A DNA stretch of 64,000 nt from an uncultured bacterium (GTDB lineage: Bacteria > Chlamydiota > Chlamydiia > Chlamydiales > JAJFMA01), in NCBI GenBank assembly GCA_964445105.1, contig CAYUJS010000003.1, positions 9,059 to 73,058 on the forward strand. The letters are read 5' to 3'. The notes under the pieces are model-generated. The model saw nothing but the letters and a program-made list of their open reading frames with translations. It was not told where the DNA came from and made no database searches. Shown piece after piece: positions 19,458 through 28,966 of this stretch. A program made the position numbers and the translations under genes. The stretch's first letter is position 1, and each line of letters opens with the position of its first letter.

Positions 19458-19882
19458 CTGGAGCTCTCACGGTGAAAAAGCATGGGCTGGTCTCCATTCA
19501 TCGGCTGAAAGCCGAGGCCCTCATAGAAAGGTTGTGTATCGCGCTCTGCGATTAGACCCACCCAATCTAACCCTTTGGCCAAGCAGACAGCCGTCAGTCG
19601 GCGCACTAGCTCTTTGCCGATGCCTTGGCCGCGGTATGCTGGTTTCACCACAAGATCCTGGATATATCCGTCGCTATAGCCGTCCGAGATCACCCGCCCC
19701 ATCGCAACAGGTCGGCCATTATGGGTGGCGATCAAAAAACAGAAGCTGCCTTTGATCATGCCGGGAATGATCTCTCGGTTGTGAGGAGTTTCTTCCCACC
19801 AGCCGCCTGCTCGATAAAGGTCAACAACGTCGTCTACCGGCAGTTCGGCAGTTATTTCGTAGTGGATGGGCTCTTCGGTCAT
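19454..19882 (-). CDS. GNAT family N-acetyltransferase
   Basis: Acetyl-CoA binding motif RGQGIGKELVRRL. Confidence 0.8.
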   Translation of the reverse strand: MTEEPIHYEITAELPVDDVVDLYRAGGWWEETPHNREIIPGMIKGSFCFLIATHNGRPVAMGRVISDGYSDGYIQDLVVKPAYRGQGIGKELVRRLTAVCLAKGLDWVGLIAERDTQPFYEGLGFQPMNGDQPMLFHRESSS

Positions 19883-20028
19883 TCGTTAATTCTCCCTTGG
19901 CAAAATCGCGAATAGATTCCTCTTAAATCTGTGTGTTGTCAAGCAAAAAGGTCTCTTTGCCTTAATAGGTACTAATGTGATAATATATCTAAACTATAAA
20001 CGTAATTTTGATACAACATCGAGGCTTT

Positions 20029-20205
20029 ATGAGCTTAAAACAGTTTTTTTATTTATTTTTTGTGGGTACTTGCTCCGTGGGATTAGGCAGAGCGATCGAT
20101 AAGTGTAAAGAAATGTCTGGACTAGATGAAATTCACGCCAAATTGGAGCGCAAAGTCGCAGAACGCAAAAATTGGCAGACCGGGGATTCAGCCAGCAGCG
20201 AATAA
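20029..20205 (+). CDS. Small hypothetical protein, possibly a lipoprotein
   Basis: 58 aa from ATG 20029 with a hydrophobic N-terminus ending in VGTC. Coding status is weakly supported. Confidence 0.3.
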   Translation: MSLKQFFYLFFVGTCSVGLGRAIDKCKEMSGLDEIHAKLERKVAERKNWQTGDSASSE

Positions 20206-20215
20206 TCCTGCTGCT

Positions 20216-21595
20216 TCATAAAAGGGTTCCTTTTAGCAAAAAAGTGGCGATGCTGAAGTAGATCATCAGGCCAGTCACGTCGACAAGCGTTGCCACAAAA
20301 GGGGCTGAAGAGACAGCTGGGTCAAACCTACAACGCTGCAGGATTAGAGGCAGTAAAGCCCCCGAGAGCGTGCCCCAGAGGATGACTCCGACTAGGGCAA
20401 AACCGACGGTGAGCGCGACCAATAGCCAGTGCTCACCATAGAGGTTGCTTGAGAGAAGATGCCACAGGCTTACGCGGCAGAAGCCAATTGCACCCAGTGC
20501 GCCGCCTAAAAAAAAGCCCGAGAAAACTTCTCTGCGCATCACGCGCCACCAATCCTTTAACGTGACTTCACCTAAAGCTAGTGAGCGAATGATCAGTGTC
20601 GAAGCTTGCGAACCTGCGTTGCCTCCGCTGGAGATGATTAGCGGTAGGAACAATGCCAAAACTACAGCACGCGAGATTTCGTCTGCGTAGTAGCCCATGG
20701 CTGTGGCTGTGAACATTTCCCCAACAAACAGAATCACAAGCCAGCTAATTCGCTTGCGCATCAGCTCAAAAAAAGGAATATCCAGGTAAGGCTCTTTCAG
20801 CGCCATCAGGCCGCCGATCTTGTGCATGTCTTCTGTATCCACCGCTACCGCTACCGACATGATGTCATCAAAGGTGACAATACCTAGAAGGATTCTCTTA
20901 GAATCGATGACAGGCAAAGCTACGCGGTTATATTTTCGGAAGGTTTGGATGGCGTGCTCTTGGTCGTCATTCACGTGGAGCGCGATGAATTGGCCATCAC
21001 CCAGCTCCTTGGCAGTTTTGTCCGGGTCAGCCAGCAAGAACATACGGATGCGAAAATCGTCTATCAAATGGCCAGCATCATCAACTGCATAAATAACGTT
21101 GATCGTTTCACTGTCGCGGCCCTTAGCGCGGATATAGTCCAACACCTGTTTCACTGTCCAATCGGGTTTGATGGCAAGGTAGTCAGGCGTCATCAAGCGT
21201 CCGACACTGTTTTCTGGATAGCCCAAAAGCCTGATGGAAAGTGTGCGCTCATCCGGTGAAAGATGCTTCAGTAGCAGGACAACTAGCTCTGCCGGCAGCT
21301 CCGCTAAAAGCGCTGTACGATCATCCGGAGAGATGGCGTCTAGTAGGTCGGCCCCGCGCTGTGAGGGCAGCAATGTTAAGAGCTCTTCCTGTGTTCGCAG
21401 CGGTAAGTGTTCGAAGGTCGCGACCGCATTTTTTTGTGAAAGAGCGTTGAAGATTAATAATTGCAGGCTAACAGGGGCGGAGTCAAGGTACTCGGCCAAG
21501 TCGATGGGCAAGGCGGCATTTAGCTGTTCCGAAAATAGTAAAACGTTATCGGTCAGCACTGCAAAATCTGGAAGCGATGATTGTTTGCTAGGCAT
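20216..21595 (-). CDS. mgtE: Magnesium transporter MgtE
   Basis: N-domain, CBS pair and a C-terminal 5-TM domain with SSGGNAGSQ and VATLVDVTG motifs. Confidence 0.9.
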   Translation of the reverse strand: MPSKQSSLPDFAVLTDNVLLFSEQLNAALPIDLAEYLDSAPVSLQLLIFNALSQKNAVATFEHLPLRTQEELLTLLPSQRGADLLDAISPDDRTALLAELPAELVVLLLKHLSPDERTLSIRLLGYPENSVGRLMTPDYLAIKPDWTVKQVLDYIRAKGRDSETINVIYAVDDAGHLIDDFRIRMFLLADPDKTAKELGDGQFIALHVNDDQEHAIQTFRKYNRVALPVIDSKRILLGIVTFDDIMSVAVAVDTEDMHKIGGLMALKEPYLDIPFFELMRKRISWLVILFVGEMFTATAMGYYADEISRAVVLALFLPLIISSGGNAGSQASTLIIRSLALGEVTLKDWWRVMRREVFSGFFLGGALGAIGFCRVSLWHLLSSNLYGEHWLLVALTVGFALVGVILWGTLSGALLPLILQRCRFDPAVSSAPFVATLVDVTGLMIYFSIATFLLKGTLL

Positions 21596-21698
21596 AGCTC
21601 ACGCATAAACCTAACGTGGAGTAAAAAGCAACCTTGACCTAGGCTTACCAGCGAGGTAGACTATGAGCACTTAACTTTGCCTGATTAAAGATTATAAT

Positions 21699-22778
21699 AT
21701 GCATCGAATCCTCTGTGCTTTGTCCCTCAGCCTACTGCTGACCTCTTGCTGTCCCAAGCTGCTGGTACCAGAAAATGACGTCTGTGACCCAGAGCCGTTC
21801 TTTATTCCCGAAAGGGTACGTGTCGCTCTGGTGTTAGGAAGCGGCGGCGTACGTGGCCTGGCTCACGTTGGTGTGTTGGAAGAACTAGAGGCGAACGGTA
21901 TCTACCCAGACTTGATCATTGGGTGTAGCGCAGGAAGTATTGTAGGGGCTCTCTATGCCGACAATCCCTCCATTAAAGAGATCAAAGATGCCGTTTGGAG
22001 TATAGGTGTAGATTCTGTGCTCGATATCAGCCTTTGGAAGTGCCGCTATGGCCTTTCGCAGGGCGCCAGGATGCAAAACATGCTGCACCGTTGTTTGCGA
22101 GCTACCACTTTTGAAGAGCTGAAGATTCCCTTGGTTGTGGTGGCAGCGGATTTGTATAGCGGCGAGTTAGTTCCTATGGGCTCAGGAGATCTTGTAAGCG
22201 CTGTTCAGTCCTCTTGTTCCATCCCGTTTGTATTTGTGCCTTGTCAACGTCAAGGGCGCGTGCTGATCGACGGGGGAACAATCAACCCCGTCCCTTCGAT
22301 CGTGGCGCACGATCTCGGCGCCGAGATCGTGATCGCGGTCGACCTTTGCGAACTTTTACCCAAGACCTTTCCCACCAATCTGTTTGCTATTTTAGACCGC
22401 GCCACAGAGATTGCGTTCATGTGGCAGAACGAGGTGTGTACGCGACATGCTGATATCGTGATACGCCCCAAAACATGCGGCATAGGCTGTTTCAATGACA
22501 AAGCCAAACAGCAGCTTTACGAGGCGGGGCGATACGCTACGCGCAAGAAGATGGCGCAGATCAAAGAACTTGTGGATAAGCTACCGCCTAAAGAAGTCTC
22601 GTGTAATCGGCTTTTCAGCCCTAAATGCTACACCCCGAATATCTTCCAAGACTTATGGGAAGAGCTTTGTACAGTGCCTAAGGAGCTCTCTGAGATGGCT
22701 TCCGGGGAGGCTAACGAACAGAGTGAAATGTTTTTTATTGATTCAGGCAGCGAAGCCACAGTGACTGTCATCGAATAA
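21699..22778 (+). CDS. Patatin-like phospholipase, probably a lipoprotein
   Basis: Lipobox LLTSC, GSGGVRG oxyanion motif, GCSAGS (GxSxG) and DGG catalytic-Asp motif. Confidence 0.85.
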   Translation: MHRILCALSLSLLLTSCCPKLLVPENDVCDPEPFFIPERVRVALVLGSGGVRGLAHVGVLEELEANGIYPDLIIGCSAGSIVGALYADNPSIKEIKDAVWSIGVDSVLDISLWKCRYGLSQGARMQNMLHRCLRATTFEELKIPLVVVAADLYSGELVPMGSGDLVSAVQSSCSIPFVFVPCQRQGRVLIDGGTINPVPSIVAHDLGAEIVIAVDLCELLPKTFPTNLFAILDRATEIAFMWQNEVCTRHADIVIRPKTCGIGCFNDKAKQQLYEAGRYATRKKMAQIKELVDKLPPKEVSCNRLFSPKCYTPNIFQDLWEELCTVPKELSEMASGEANEQSEMFFIDSGSEATVTVIE

Positions 22779-22800
22779 CCAAAACCTAGTGTATTTTATC

Positions 22801-24582
22801 ATGTTACAACTGAAGTTAGTATCAAAGTCCTTTGGTGGACAAAAGCTCTTAGATGAGGTCTCTTTGTGCGTGAGCCACGGAGAGCGCGTCGCACTTGTGG
22901 GGCGCAATGGCGCCGGCAAATCTACGCTGCTGCGTTTGATCGCAGGCGAAGAAGAGGTAGACGGCGGAAGCATCATGATCCCCAGAGGTTATCGCATCGG
23001 CTTTTTGCATCAGCACCTCGATGTGACGGAATATACCGTGATCGACGAAGCAGCTCTTGGACTGGTGCAGGACAGGCCGGAGCATCGTCATCGCGTCGAG
23101 GCGTTGCTGTTTGGTCTTGGCTTTTCCAAAGACGACCTCTACAGCCACCCGGACTCTTTTTCAGGCGGATACCGCATCCGCATTCACCTGGCGAAACTAC
23201 TCGCTTCAGAACCTGATTGCTTGCTTTTAGATGAACCCTCCAACTACCTAGACATAGTTTCGCTTCGCTGGCTGGTGCGCTTTTTGCAGCGCTGGAAGGG
23301 TGAAATGATCGTTATCTCCCATGACCGCGAGCTGCTCGATGCCATCTCTACGCACACCGTGGGCATTCATCGCAAAGAACTCAAGAAGGTGGAGGGTGGG
23401 ACCGAAGAGTACTATTCGCAGATTCTTCTAGAAGAAGAGGTTTTCGAAAAGACGCGTGTAAAAACGGAAAAGAAAAAAGCGCACATGCAATCTTTTGTAG
23501 ACCGTTTCGGTGCCAAGGCCAGCAAGGCAGGCCAGGCCCAATCCAGAATGAAAGCGCTGGCGCGCTTACCTGTTTTGGAGCAGTTAGCTGCGCTTGAAAA
23601 TCTTGATTTTAAGTTTCGCTATGCGCAGTTTAACAGCCAAAAGGTTCTGGCCGCCACAGATTTAGGGTTCGCCTACCCCGAGATGGACCATCGTATCATA
23701 AACCAATTTGACCTGCTGGTCGAAAAACAGCAGAAGTTGGCCCTTATCGGTAAAAACGGCAAGGGTAAGTCCACTCTGTTACAGCTTTTGGGAGGCATTT
23801 TAGTACCGCAGGAGGGAGTAGTCAAACTCTCTGAGAACGTGCGTATTGGCTACTTTGGACAAACGCACATTGAGCGCTTAAATTTGGCCAAGACGGTTCA
23901 TGAAGAGGTTTCTACAGCTAACCCGAATCTGACCTATTCCTCAGTGCGCGCCATCTGCGGAGCGATGATGTTCTCAGGGGATGCAGCGGAGAAAAAAATC
24001 TCGGTACTGTCTGGGGGCGAGCGCAGTCGGGTGCTTTTGGGCAAGATTTTAGCCGCCCCTTGCAATCTCCTTCTCTTAGATGAGCCTACTAACCACCTAG
24101 ACATGGAATCTGTGGAGGCTTTGGTTACGGCCATCGAGCTGTTTGAGGGGGCCGTGATTCTCGTCACTCATGCCGAATGGATTTTGCGCAGGTTGCCTGA
24201 ACGGTTGGTGATCTGTCGCGATGTGGATAAAATAGTTTTTGAGGGTACTTACGAAAACTTCTTGGAGAAAATTGGCTGGGAGGAGGGAAAACCCGCAGCG
24301 CCAGAGAAAAAACCTTCTAAACCCATTTTAGGACGCAAAAATCCTGCTCAGGCAGCTCTAAGAAAACGCATGGCTGATCTAGAAAAACAGATCACGGAGG
24401 TGGAGGTGGCGATGGAGGCCTGCACCAATAAGATCATAGAAGCCACCCATGTGCATAACGCCACTTCTATGGGCAAGCTATCCAAAGAGCTCGATCAGCT
24501 GCAGGTAAAGTTGGATCTATACTATCATGAGTATGGCGTGGCCGAGAAACTAGCAGCGGAGGTAGAGAGCAGCCCCCACTAA
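22801..24582 (+). CDS. ABC-F family ATPase
   Basis: Two NBDs (GRNGAGKST and GKNGKGKST, with LSGG signatures), no TM region and a coiled-coil C-terminal tail. The stop codon lies inside a repeat end. Confidence 0.9.
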   Translation: MLQLKLVSKSFGGQKLLDEVSLCVSHGERVALVGRNGAGKSTLLRLIAGEEEVDGGSIMIPRGYRIGFLHQHLDVTEYTVIDEAALGLVQDRPEHRHRVEALLFGLGFSKDDLYSHPDSFSGGYRIRIHLAKLLASEPDCLLLDEPSNYLDIVSLRWLVRFLQRWKGEMIVISHDRELLDAISTHTVGIHRKELKKVEGGTEEYYSQILLEEEVFEKTRVKTEKKKAHMQSFVDRFGAKASKAGQAQSRMKALARLPVLEQLAALENLDFKFRYAQFNSQKVLAATDLGFAYPEMDHRIINQFDLLVEKQQKLALIGKNGKGKSTLLQLLGGILVPQEGVVKLSENVRIGYFGQTHIERLNLAKTVHEEVSTANPNLTYSSVRAICGAMMFSGDAAEKKISVLSGGERSRVLLGKILAAPCNLLLLDEPTNHLDMESVEALVTAIELFEGAVILVTHAEWILRRLPERLVICRDVDKIVFEGTYENFLEKIGWEEGKPAAPEKKPSKPILGRKNPAQAALRKRMADLEKQITEVEVAMEACTNKIIEATHVHNATSMGKLSKELDQLQVKLDLYYHEYGVAEKLAAEVESSPH

Positions 24583-24702
24583 AAAATAAGCAATCGGCCT
24601 CATGCTGTTGCCTATCCGCAGCTGAGGCTACCAATTTCGTCGCAAGCTAAGCCTTCTGTCAACCCTCGCCGAGCCAGTTTCTTGTTTCAGCAGAAGCTGC
24701 TG
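24568..24702 (+). repeat. Repeat copy E, followed by an extra right-end fragment at 24711-24740
   Basis: agcagcccccactaaaaaat (left end), ggctaccaatttcgtcgcaagct (core) and gccagtttcttgtttcagcagaagctgctg (right end). The second end-like piece is gaaacccggttgcttttttttcgctaatct. Confidence 0.6.
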
Positions 24703-24789
24703 CAGAGGCTGAAACCCGGTTGCTTTTTTTTCGCTAATCTGTCATCCATAGTGGTATCTACCACAACGTCTTTTACTAAGGAGAAGGAT

Positions 24790-25134
24790 ATGGGAAAATG
24801 CGATGATCATTGCGGCTCTCACGATCACGAGCACCGCCACCATCACCACAGTTGCGCAGACGAATTCGAAAGCTGCTGTGAAGATGATTGCTACGAGGAC
24901 TGCGATAGCGACTTTGCTGAAGAGATGCTAGAACTAGCTGACGACGCTTGGCTGTGTTTGTTGAAAGACAAAGTCAAAGAGCAAATTTTGGCCACTAGCG
25001 GTAAGCAGCTTGATGAACTAGCTAAGCTAATCTCCGAAGCCAATTGCGCCCGTTGGAAGTCAAAAATGGCAGAAGAAGCTGCCGTAGACGGATTTAGGGA
25101 TGAATTGCGCAGTTTTTTTGGTAAATGCGAGTAG
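24790..25134 (+). CDS. Small acidic protein with a His/Cys-rich N-terminus, putative metal binding
   Basis: Strong RBS (taaggagaaggat) before ATG 24790. The N-terminus is MGKCDDHCGSHDHEHRHHHHSCADEFESCCEDDCYEDCD, the C-terminal half is helical, and a strong terminator follows. Confidence 0.6.
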   Translation: MGKCDDHCGSHDHEHRHHHHSCADEFESCCEDDCYEDCDSDFAEEMLELADDAWLCLLKDKVKEQILATSGKQLDELAKLISEANCARWKSKMAEEAAVDGFRDELRSFFGKCE

Positions 25135-25154
25135 TAAGTAACTCTAAGAACGCC

Positions 25155-25195
25155 AAAAACGGCAGTCGGGCTGAACGTCCAACTGCCGTTTTTTT
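25155..25195. terminator. Bidirectional intrinsic terminator between convergent genes
   Basis: Stem aaaaacggcagt/actgccgttttt, flanked by an A-run and a T-run. Confidence 0.8.
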
Positions 25196-25219
25196 AGAGC
25201 GGTCGTATGCCAGAATATC

Positions 25220-27007
25220 CTAGGCTGTATTTTTTTTGCTTAGTTCTTCCCAGCGGAGGTAAAGCTGCTCTATCTGATTTTCGGCCAGGCCTACGGCTGC
25301 GCAGAGATCGTGTAGGCGTTGGCCATCTCCCGCGATAACAGGGTCACATAGCAGTTTGTTGAGCTGTTTGACCTCTTCTTCTAGCTTGGCGATCTTGCCT
25401 TCCAGCTGTTCATATTCGCGTTTTTCGGTGTAAGAAAGCTTCGTTTTAGGAGCTGCTGATAGTTCTTTCTTTTTCTCCCTTGTTGGCTCTGAGACGTTTT
25501 TGATAGGTGCCTGAGTCGTTTGCCACTGTGCGTAGTCCGCGTAAAACTCAGTTTTGTCTGGATCGCCCAGCGCTAGCACCGAATTGCAAATGCGGTCGAG
25601 CATGCAGCGATCGTGTGTGATTAGGACGACGGCACCAGGAAAATCGATGAGGCCATTTTCTAGCATCTCTAGCGTGGGGATGTCGAGGTCGTTGGTGGGC
25701 TCATCGAGCAACAGCAGATCAGCTGGCTGTAGCATGAGGTGTGCAACGGAGATACGGGCTCGCTCACCCCCAGAGAGCTTTCCTATAGGCATGTCCAGCA
25801 CGTCCGGGGAGAAGAGAAATCGTTGACACCAGCCGTTGACGTGAATGGGCTGACCACGGAAATTCACAAAATCGCCGTTAGGGGAGAGCGCCTGTCGCAG
25901 CGAAAGAGTATCAGGCAAACGCGCGCGGTGCTGGTCGAAGTACACGACTTTTAAGGCGTCGGCTCGTTTCAGGGTCCCTTGATCGGGGGCCAGTTCGTTA
26001 GCGAGCAGGCGCAGTAAAGTGGTCTTGCCGCAGCCGTTAGGACCCATGAGACCGATGCGCGAACCCGGCGAGAGGGTGAGGTCGAGATTGCGAAAAAGCA
26101 GCCGATCTCCCAGCGTTTTACTCAGATTTTTACCGGTGAGCAGTTTTCGTGTTTGACGTTCGGTGCCTTCAAAATCGATGTCGGCCTTATGCTGGCGATT
26201 GCGTTTATGGACGTCGGAAAGTTCTTTCAGAGTATCGTGGGCGTCATCGATGCGCGACTGGGCTTTGGTGGTGCGCGCCTTTGGCGACTGGCGCAGCCAT
26301 TCAGTTTCTTTACGCGCTTTGGAGGCGATGGAGCGCTCCTGTTGGAGCTGTCCCTCTAGAAAGAGCTGCTTCTGCGCGAGAAACTGACTATAGGGGCCGT
26401 CGATGGCGAACATGCCCCTGGGATAGGCTTTGTTGATCTCTACCACGCGATTGGTGGCGTTCTGTAGAAAGTAGCGGTCATGGCTGACCAGGATATAGGT
26501 GGTTGCTTCCCGCGCGAGGAACTTCTCCAGCCAAACAATACCTTCGAGATCCAGGTGGTTCGTCGGTTCGTCGAGGAGAAGTAGGTCGGGAGAAGAGATC
26601 AGCTCCCTAGCCAGGGCTAGGCGCTTTTTCCAGCCGCCAGACAGAAGTGCCGCTGAACGGTCGCTTTGGCGGAAACCAAATTTGCTCAGCCAGGTTTCGG
26701 CGTGGCGCTCTTTTTCGTAATCGGGCCCGGACGGCTGAGCGTCGACGAGTACTTCCAAGGGAGATTTGTCTGGAAATTCGCAAGTTTGCGGCACATAGCC
26801 AATGCGCAGGCCTTTGCGTGGCGCGAGGGTGCCGACGTCTGGGCTTTCCAGTCCGGCGATGATCTTCAATAGCGTGGTTTTTCCCGAGCCGTTGGGACCG
26901 ATTAGCCCTAAGTGGTCGCCTGAAAAAATGCTTAGGGTTAAGTCTTTGAATAGATTGCGCGTCCCGATTGATTTAGAAACAGCCTGGCAGCTATAGAGTA
27001 GGTTCAT
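25220..27007 (-). CDS. ABC-F family ATPase, Uup-like
   Basis: Two NBDs (GPNGSGKTT and GPNGCGKTT, with LSGG signatures) and a C-terminal coiled coil. Confidence 0.9.
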   Translation of the reverse strand: MNLLYSCQAVSKSIGTRNLFKDLTLSIFSGDHLGLIGPNGSGKTTLLKIIAGLESPDVGTLAPRKGLRIGYVPQTCEFPDKSPLEVLVDAQPSGPDYEKERHAETWLSKFGFRQSDRSAALLSGGWKKRLALARELISSPDLLLLDEPTNHLDLEGIVWLEKFLAREATTYILVSHDRYFLQNATNRVVEINKAYPRGMFAIDGPYSQFLAQKQLFLEGQLQQERSIASKARKETEWLRQSPKARTTKAQSRIDDAHDTLKELSDVHKRNRQHKADIDFEGTERQTRKLLTGKNLSKTLGDRLLFRNLDLTLSPGSRIGLMGPNGCGKTTLLRLLANELAPDQGTLKRADALKVVYFDQHRARLPDTLSLRQALSPNGDFVNFRGQPIHVNGWCQRFLFSPDVLDMPIGKLSGGERARISVAHLMLQPADLLLLDEPTNDLDIPTLEMLENGLIDFPGAVVLITHDRCMLDRICNSVLALGDPDKTEFYADYAQWQTTQAPIKNVSEPTREKKKELSAAPKTKLSYTEKREYEQLEGKIAKLEEEVKQLNKLLCDPVIAGDGQRLHDLCAAVGLAENQIEQLYLRWEELSKKNTA

Positions 27008-27650
27008 AAGTAGAGATCCAAAGAAAAAGCGATTTTAAAACACAACATCATATTTGCTGTCTCTGTTGTTGGCAACGAGTTTGCCGGTTTGCAGGCAGGG
27101 TATAGGGAATTACGGCAAGTCCCTGATTGGCCTGCGACAGGTCAACGGATGCCTCGGGCCTTGAGGAATTGCGAATCATTATGAGCGCCCTTTGTAAAGT
27201 ACTCTATCTGTCTGGCGGGATGCTTGAGATGATCATATGATTGGCTTGTAAAGGATAGTATGAGGCATGCAAGGCCATTGGTGAGAAGAGACAGGGCTAA
27301 AAAAGCTCCGAAAATTTCCGTGAGGCCTTTTTGTCTATATGGCGTGGGTCTGAGACGTTATTAGGGATCGAAGATTTCTTCTGATTTCCTGTGCGCTGGG
27401 GTTCGCAAGTTAACGGCTTGAGTAGAGTGGCGTTTCACAGCGCTTTATCGAAGAAAAGCTACTTTAAGGTAACCTGGGAGAGGAAATTTTCTCTGGTGAG
27501 AAAATATGTATTCTTTATGCGATGTCAGGTCTTTGCTAAAGAAAGCGTTTAATCGCGCGCTTCGCAACGGCGCATGTCGGTCGTGAATATCTCTGCATTT
27601 AGTACCGCCTGCCATTTTGAAGCGCCCACTAGTCAGACTGTACCTAAGAT

Positions 27651-28169
27651 TTACTGATTCCAGGGCATTTTGGCCAAGAACTTAGCTAGCGCACACCAAC
27701 CTGTAAGGCCATTGTAGAGTAGGCCGAAGCCCAATAGACCGGCCAGAGTGAAAAAATGAGGGCTCAAGAGGTATCCTAAAAGCACACTCAAAGTAATACT
27801 AGAGCCGATGATGACCTGCACTTGTTGAGGCAAGGGTAAAACACGATCTTTGGCTGTTTTGACAGGAAAGCCCGCTTGCTTCCAGGCGAGGAGGCCGCCT
27901 TCAAGATTATAGATGTCTAGTTTGGGGTTTTGAGCCAAGAGCGTTTCGCAGGCCGTTCGGCTGCGTTGGCCGGAGCGGCAATGGATGACGATCTTTTTTT
28001 CTTCGCTATCGGGCAACGTTTGGAGTGACACCTGGCCTAGGGAGAGGAGCTGAGCGCTAGGAATGCTTTCAGCGCGGTTTTCACCGGGCTCCCGCACGTC
28101 AACTAGGATAGCCTCGCTTTTATCGAGCCAGTTTTTGAGGGTGGATGCGTCGACAGTGTTGATGGACAT
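27651..28169 (-). CDS. Rhodanese domain protein with a YgaP-like (DUF2892) membrane tail
   Basis: Active-site loop CRSGQRS and two C-terminal TM helices, as in E. coli YgaP. Confidence 0.8.
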   Translation of the reverse strand: MSINTVDASTLKNWLDKSEAILVDVREPGENRAESIPSAQLLSLGQVSLQTLPDSEEKKIVIHCRSGQRSRTACETLLAQNPKLDIYNLEGGLLAWKQAGFPVKTAKDRVLPLPQQVQVIIGSSITLSVLLGYLLSPHFFTLAGLLGFGLLYNGLTGWCALAKFLAKMPWNQ

Positions 28170-28191
28170 AAGGTGCTCCTAGGTTGGGGTT

Positions 28192-28914
28192 TTAAAACCT
28201 TTCGTGGGGCTTAAGGTATCTCCAGTGGCCTTCTGGGAGGTCTCCTAACCGGACACGCCCTACACGCACACGCTTGAGTTTGGCTACATACAGGCCGACA
28301 ATTTCGCACATGCGTCGAATTTGGCGTTTTTTGCCTTCGATGAGGATAAAGCGCAAGACATCAGGCGGCATGAGGTCGACTTTGGCAGGTTTTAGCTTCA
28401 CATCGTCTAGCCACAGCCCATAGCGAAGGCGGCGTAGCATGTCCTCGGTGATCTCTCCATCGACACGGACGATATATTCTTTTTCAATTTCAGAGCCAGG
28501 GCCGATCAATTTTTTGACGATAGCGCCATCTTGGGTCATCACCAACAAGCCCTTGGAGTCGATGTCTAGGCGACCTGCCACGGCGAGTTTTTTGAGATGA
28601 CTTGGCTGGAGTGGCCGATCGCCTTCAATGCGGATCTGGTTTTTTGGAATGACAAGGTCAATGGCAGAGGGGTAGCCTTTTTCTGGCTGCGTGGACACAT
28701 AGCCCAGGGGCTTATTGAGTACAATGGTCACTTTGCTTTGCTGTGCTTTTTTGGCCTGATGCGTCAGTTCAATTTTGGCGTTGAGTGTCACCTTCGTGCC
28801 GAGAGTAGAGACTACTTGCCCATCGACCAGTACCTGGCCCGCTTCAATGTATACGTCGGCCTCTCTGCGTGAGCAGAGGCCGCGCTCGGTCATTAATTTT
28901 GAAAGTCGGATCAT
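28192..28914 (-). CDS. Pseudouridine synthase, RsuA/RluB/RluF family
   Basis: S4 domain ([12 protein letters not shown]) and catalytic [11 protein letters not shown] motif. ATG 28914 is preferred. Confidence 0.85.
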   Translation of the reverse strand: MIRLSKLMTERGLCSRREADVYIEAGQVLVDGQVVSTLGTKVTLNAKIELTHQAKKAQQSKVTIVLNKPLGYVSTQPEKGYPSAIDLVIPKNQIRIEGDRPLQPSHLKKLAVAGRLDIDSKGLLVMTQDGAIVKKLIGPGSEIEKEYIVRVDGEITEDMLRRLRYGLWLDDVKLKPAKVDLMPPDVLRFILIEGKKRQIRRMCEIVGLYVAKLKRVRVGRVRLGDLPEGHWRYLKPHERF

Positions 28915-28966
28915 TTCTTGTTCCATAAGCAAAAGCATAGTAACCGTTTACGAGGTCTAGTGCAAC

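Noticed and set aside
21234-21608. 124-aa and other plus-strand ORFs inside mgtE (20445-21608)
   Set aside because: All are antisense or out of frame relative to a well-supported mgtE. They are Ser/Arg-rich artefacts.
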